From: Amphiscolops sp. MND2022
Lineage: Eukaryota
NCBI GenBank assembly: GCA_964187785.1
Contig: OZ076409.1
Span: 4,404,001-4,468,000 of the forward strand
Direction of reading: 5' to 3'
DNA length: 64,000 nt
Within the stretch, counting starts at the first letter, position 1. Every line of letters starts with the position of its first letter. This document shows positions 61,301-64,000 of this stretch, in pieces. The notes under the pieces were generated by a model. It ran no database searches. It saw nothing but the letters and a program-made list of their open reading frames with translations, and was not told where the DNA came from. The position numbers and the translations under genes are program-made.

Positions 61301-63407
61301 GACCTCGACTGTGACCCAGCCGTGACCTCCCTTGCCGACTGTGACCTCACTGTGTCTTTCGACCAGGCATGAGCAGCGATCCATAAAATAAGTCTGAAGG
61401 ACATTTTTAGTCGGCGCCTTTTCCCTTAAGGAAAAAAGCCCGACTCTTACAGTGAGTAGTTTTTTTTGTTTTTTTTTCAGTTGACAATCTCACTCTGAGT
61501 GGTCCACTTTTCTTACAATTTTTGTTCATCTTTCATATTTGTTCATCTTCCATCTTCGACCCAGCCGGAGAGCGTGGGTTCGATTCTCGCACTAAACCAT
61601 AAATTTTTTAATGCTTCCAAAAGTACAGGTGAGACCAAAGGGTCCCCCCTTTGGGTTTTTTTTCGGCACTATGCGATTTTTTTCGAAAATTTTCGAAATT
61701 TATCAAAGGGTACCCCCTTGAATTTTTTTGAAGTTTTCGGTTTGTAGAAAACGTTGAATGAGCCTGAATGGCCTCTTTTTGAGTTTTTCGGCATTGTGCG
61801 ACCTAAAAAATACTTTTTTTCGAAAAAAATCAAACTTTTTTTGAAAAATTTTTTTTCCAAATTTTTCCAATAGTTGTTCCTTGAATATTTTTGAGCCTAA
61901 GATAGGGCGCCGACTTGGGACGTTCCCGTCTTGTTTGATTCTGAATTACTATGTACCGTCTTGTGATTGCCATTTCCAATTCAAAAGTTTGCACGCCTCG
62001 TGTCTTCGAATACAATTCAATTTGTTTCTAAACATGCTAGGCCCACTTCGACCCTAGCGGGTGGGATAAAATGACCACAAACGGAACCAGGAAAAACCGG
62101 AAATCTCAATTTTTTCTCAATTTTTTGGTCCCAGTTTCTTGATTTCAGAGGCTTCAAGTCAATAATTTGTGTAAAGGCGTGTAATACTATGTAATATCGT
62201 CTGAAAATCTTATTCGAAAGTTTTCTTCACCATACGGTCAGCTTGTGCCTTCAGAAGTTTGCAAAAACTAATTGGTACAAAATCGTACCATCTTCCATTC
62301 AGGGTTAATTGCGATCAATGCTCTTTGAGACCTAATGATCTTGTATTTTTAACTTAATTTCTGTTTTATATATATCGATTTTGCTACATTTTTGAGAACT
62401 TGGGATCATTAGTGATGATAATTCATGCTATTCGGTTTTATTGTTTTTCTTCGATATAATGCCAAGTCAGCAGTGTAGTATCGTGCTCAATTCTGATTGG
62501 CTGATCGACTGGCAGACGATGGTGAGTTACGTCATCTGTCTGGACAAGCCCTCGAACAGGGACTGTTGGATCACGGACTCAACCATGCCCCAGTACTGCG
62601 TGGACCCCCACTACTACTACGTGCAGGGAGAGGTGTACACCTACGGGCTGCTCGCCCTCGTCGTAAGTACCACCAAACAAGCCGTGGAACGGCCCAAGTT
62701 GGCGCCATATCTATGGCTCAAAAATAGCAAAAGCATTTCAAAGTGTTAAGTATTCTCTTCAACAGTACCCGAAAAGGACCCTTTGGGATTTTTAACATCT
62801 GTGGCAAAACATAAAAAAATTGAAGGGGGCCCTTTGGTGAGAAGAATTTCGGAAAAAAGTCTCACAATGCCGAAAAAACCGAAAGGGGGACCCTTTAGTC
62901 TCGCTCGGTATTGTATGTTGCGCGTAAAAAGAACTAATTTTATATTTCAGTTCCTTGTGCCAAATGGTCCAATTTGGCACCTTGAAGTTTCGTATAACTT
63001 TGTAGAACTATTTTGGTCGGTTCGCGTGGATCGAAAAAATAAGAGTCGCTAAATATAATAGTCGCGTTTCACTTCATGAAGCGCCGACTGAAAATGGGGG
63101 TTTCAGATGACGATTTCATGATTAGGTTCAAAGTACTTCCCCTCTTTTCTCACTGTAAGAGTCGGGCATCTTTTTTTCACAAAACGCGCCGACTAAAAAA
63201 GTAGAGAAAAAATATGTATAGGTCACTACATTGCACTGAAATCATGATGACGCAATGTTCCAGGTGGGAGGTCTGATTGTGGTGATGTTCGGCCTGCTGT
63301 TCGCAGATGCCCTGAGAATCACCAGTCAGCGCAGAGAGGAGTCGTCTGGCAAGGGAGGAGAAACGCTGGTCGGCATGAACAAAAAGGCACCCTCCGTCCT
63401 CTGCTGA
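58336..63407 (+). CDS. Type I membrane protein with divergent SRCR-like domain, join(58336-58371,58731-58946,61196-61366,62471 or 62474 or 62516-62662,63264-63407)
   Basis: GC-rich phase-0 exons. Signal-like FFLCLLLNVGHVDG; LRF..GLLQ..WLPIC..AAERAC..L..LDC...SLADC..YVIC; TM segment YGLLALVVGGLIVVMFGLLFA. The first exon and exon-4 acceptor are less certain. Confidence 0.7.
58368..58724. mobile_element. hAT-type MITE forming the first intron of the membrane-protein gene
   Basis: TIR CAGGGTTTTGACA...TGTCAAAACTCTG; 8-bp TSD ATACACAG/ATACAGAG. Confidence 0.8.
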
Positions 63408-63412
63408 TTGCG

Positions 63413-63509
63413 TCACTATGACGTCATACTTCCTCTGATCACTATGACGTCATACTTCCTCTGATCACTATGACGTCATTCTTTGTCTGATCACTATGAC
63501 GTCATACTT
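63413..63509. repeat. 26-bp tandem repeat x4, each with a TGACGTCA palindrome
   Basis: TGACGTCA at 63419, 63445, 63471 and 63497. Confidence 0.93.
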
Positions 63510-64000
63510 TGACATGACCTTCGCTATTGGTCGAACTCTACAAAAGTTGTCACGGCTGTGAATATGTGTCACGGATGTCACATGGGTTTGACACACAGTA
63601 TTTATTTCGGAACAACGAACCGCACTCAAATAAGAGAAAAAAGTTGTTTTGCCAAATTAACGTGTACTGGAAATCAGACTTGACTCCACTAATTAGCGCG
63701 GAATTTTTAAGCAAAATTTATTAGCGATTCAAATTAACGGCAACTAATGAACTATCTAAATTCAAAATTTTCTCAGAAAATGCACGGAGTTTCGAAATGA
63801 ATTTCGGAAAAAACCCAACTCTTACACTTGTAAAAATTAGCATAATATACAAGTCAAAACCATGTTGGAAATCAATATAAAATACAATTCTGCACTAAAA
63901 TGTCTGAAATGCCAATATGCCGACTGAATTGTTTTTGGCCAATTGACTTTTGAACGCTTTCCGACTTTTTTATCGACTCAATTCAGAAATTAAAGCTGCT

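Overview
AT-rich, repeat-dense animal (invertebrate-type) genomic DNA with GC-richer spliced exons; the species cannot be determined from the sequence. Four plus-strand host genes can be reconstructed with consistent splice phases: the 3' four exons of a FAHD2-like gene, a complete 7-exon LanC-like gene (402 aa), a 3-exon TAF13 (206 aa) and a 5-exon single-pass membrane protein with a divergent SRCR-like domain. LanCL intron 3 holds a 14.1-kb Polinton/Maverick (adintovirus-like) element at 20682-34785, with about 330-350 bp TIRs, AGTAG...CTACT ends and a 6-bp CAATTG target duplication. Its packaging ATPase, integrase, penton, core protein, major capsid and protease ORFs are open, but only the C-terminal tip of PolB remains, fused to a 104-bp higher-order tandem array and preceded by a duplicated long hairpin. 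Other highlights: (1) a 5-unit array of about 1.47 kb carrying a decayed, highly diverged ribosomal protein uS5-like frame; (2) a hAT MITE that appears to have created an in-frame intron; (3) three GC-AG introns; (4) a Polinton ORF resembling the Maelstrom/arenavirus-NP nuclease fold; (5) a tandem duplication bridged by a templated Polinton fragment. A degenerate CR1-group LINE and many MITEs fill the remainder. All protein assignments are by-eye motif recognition, not database results.
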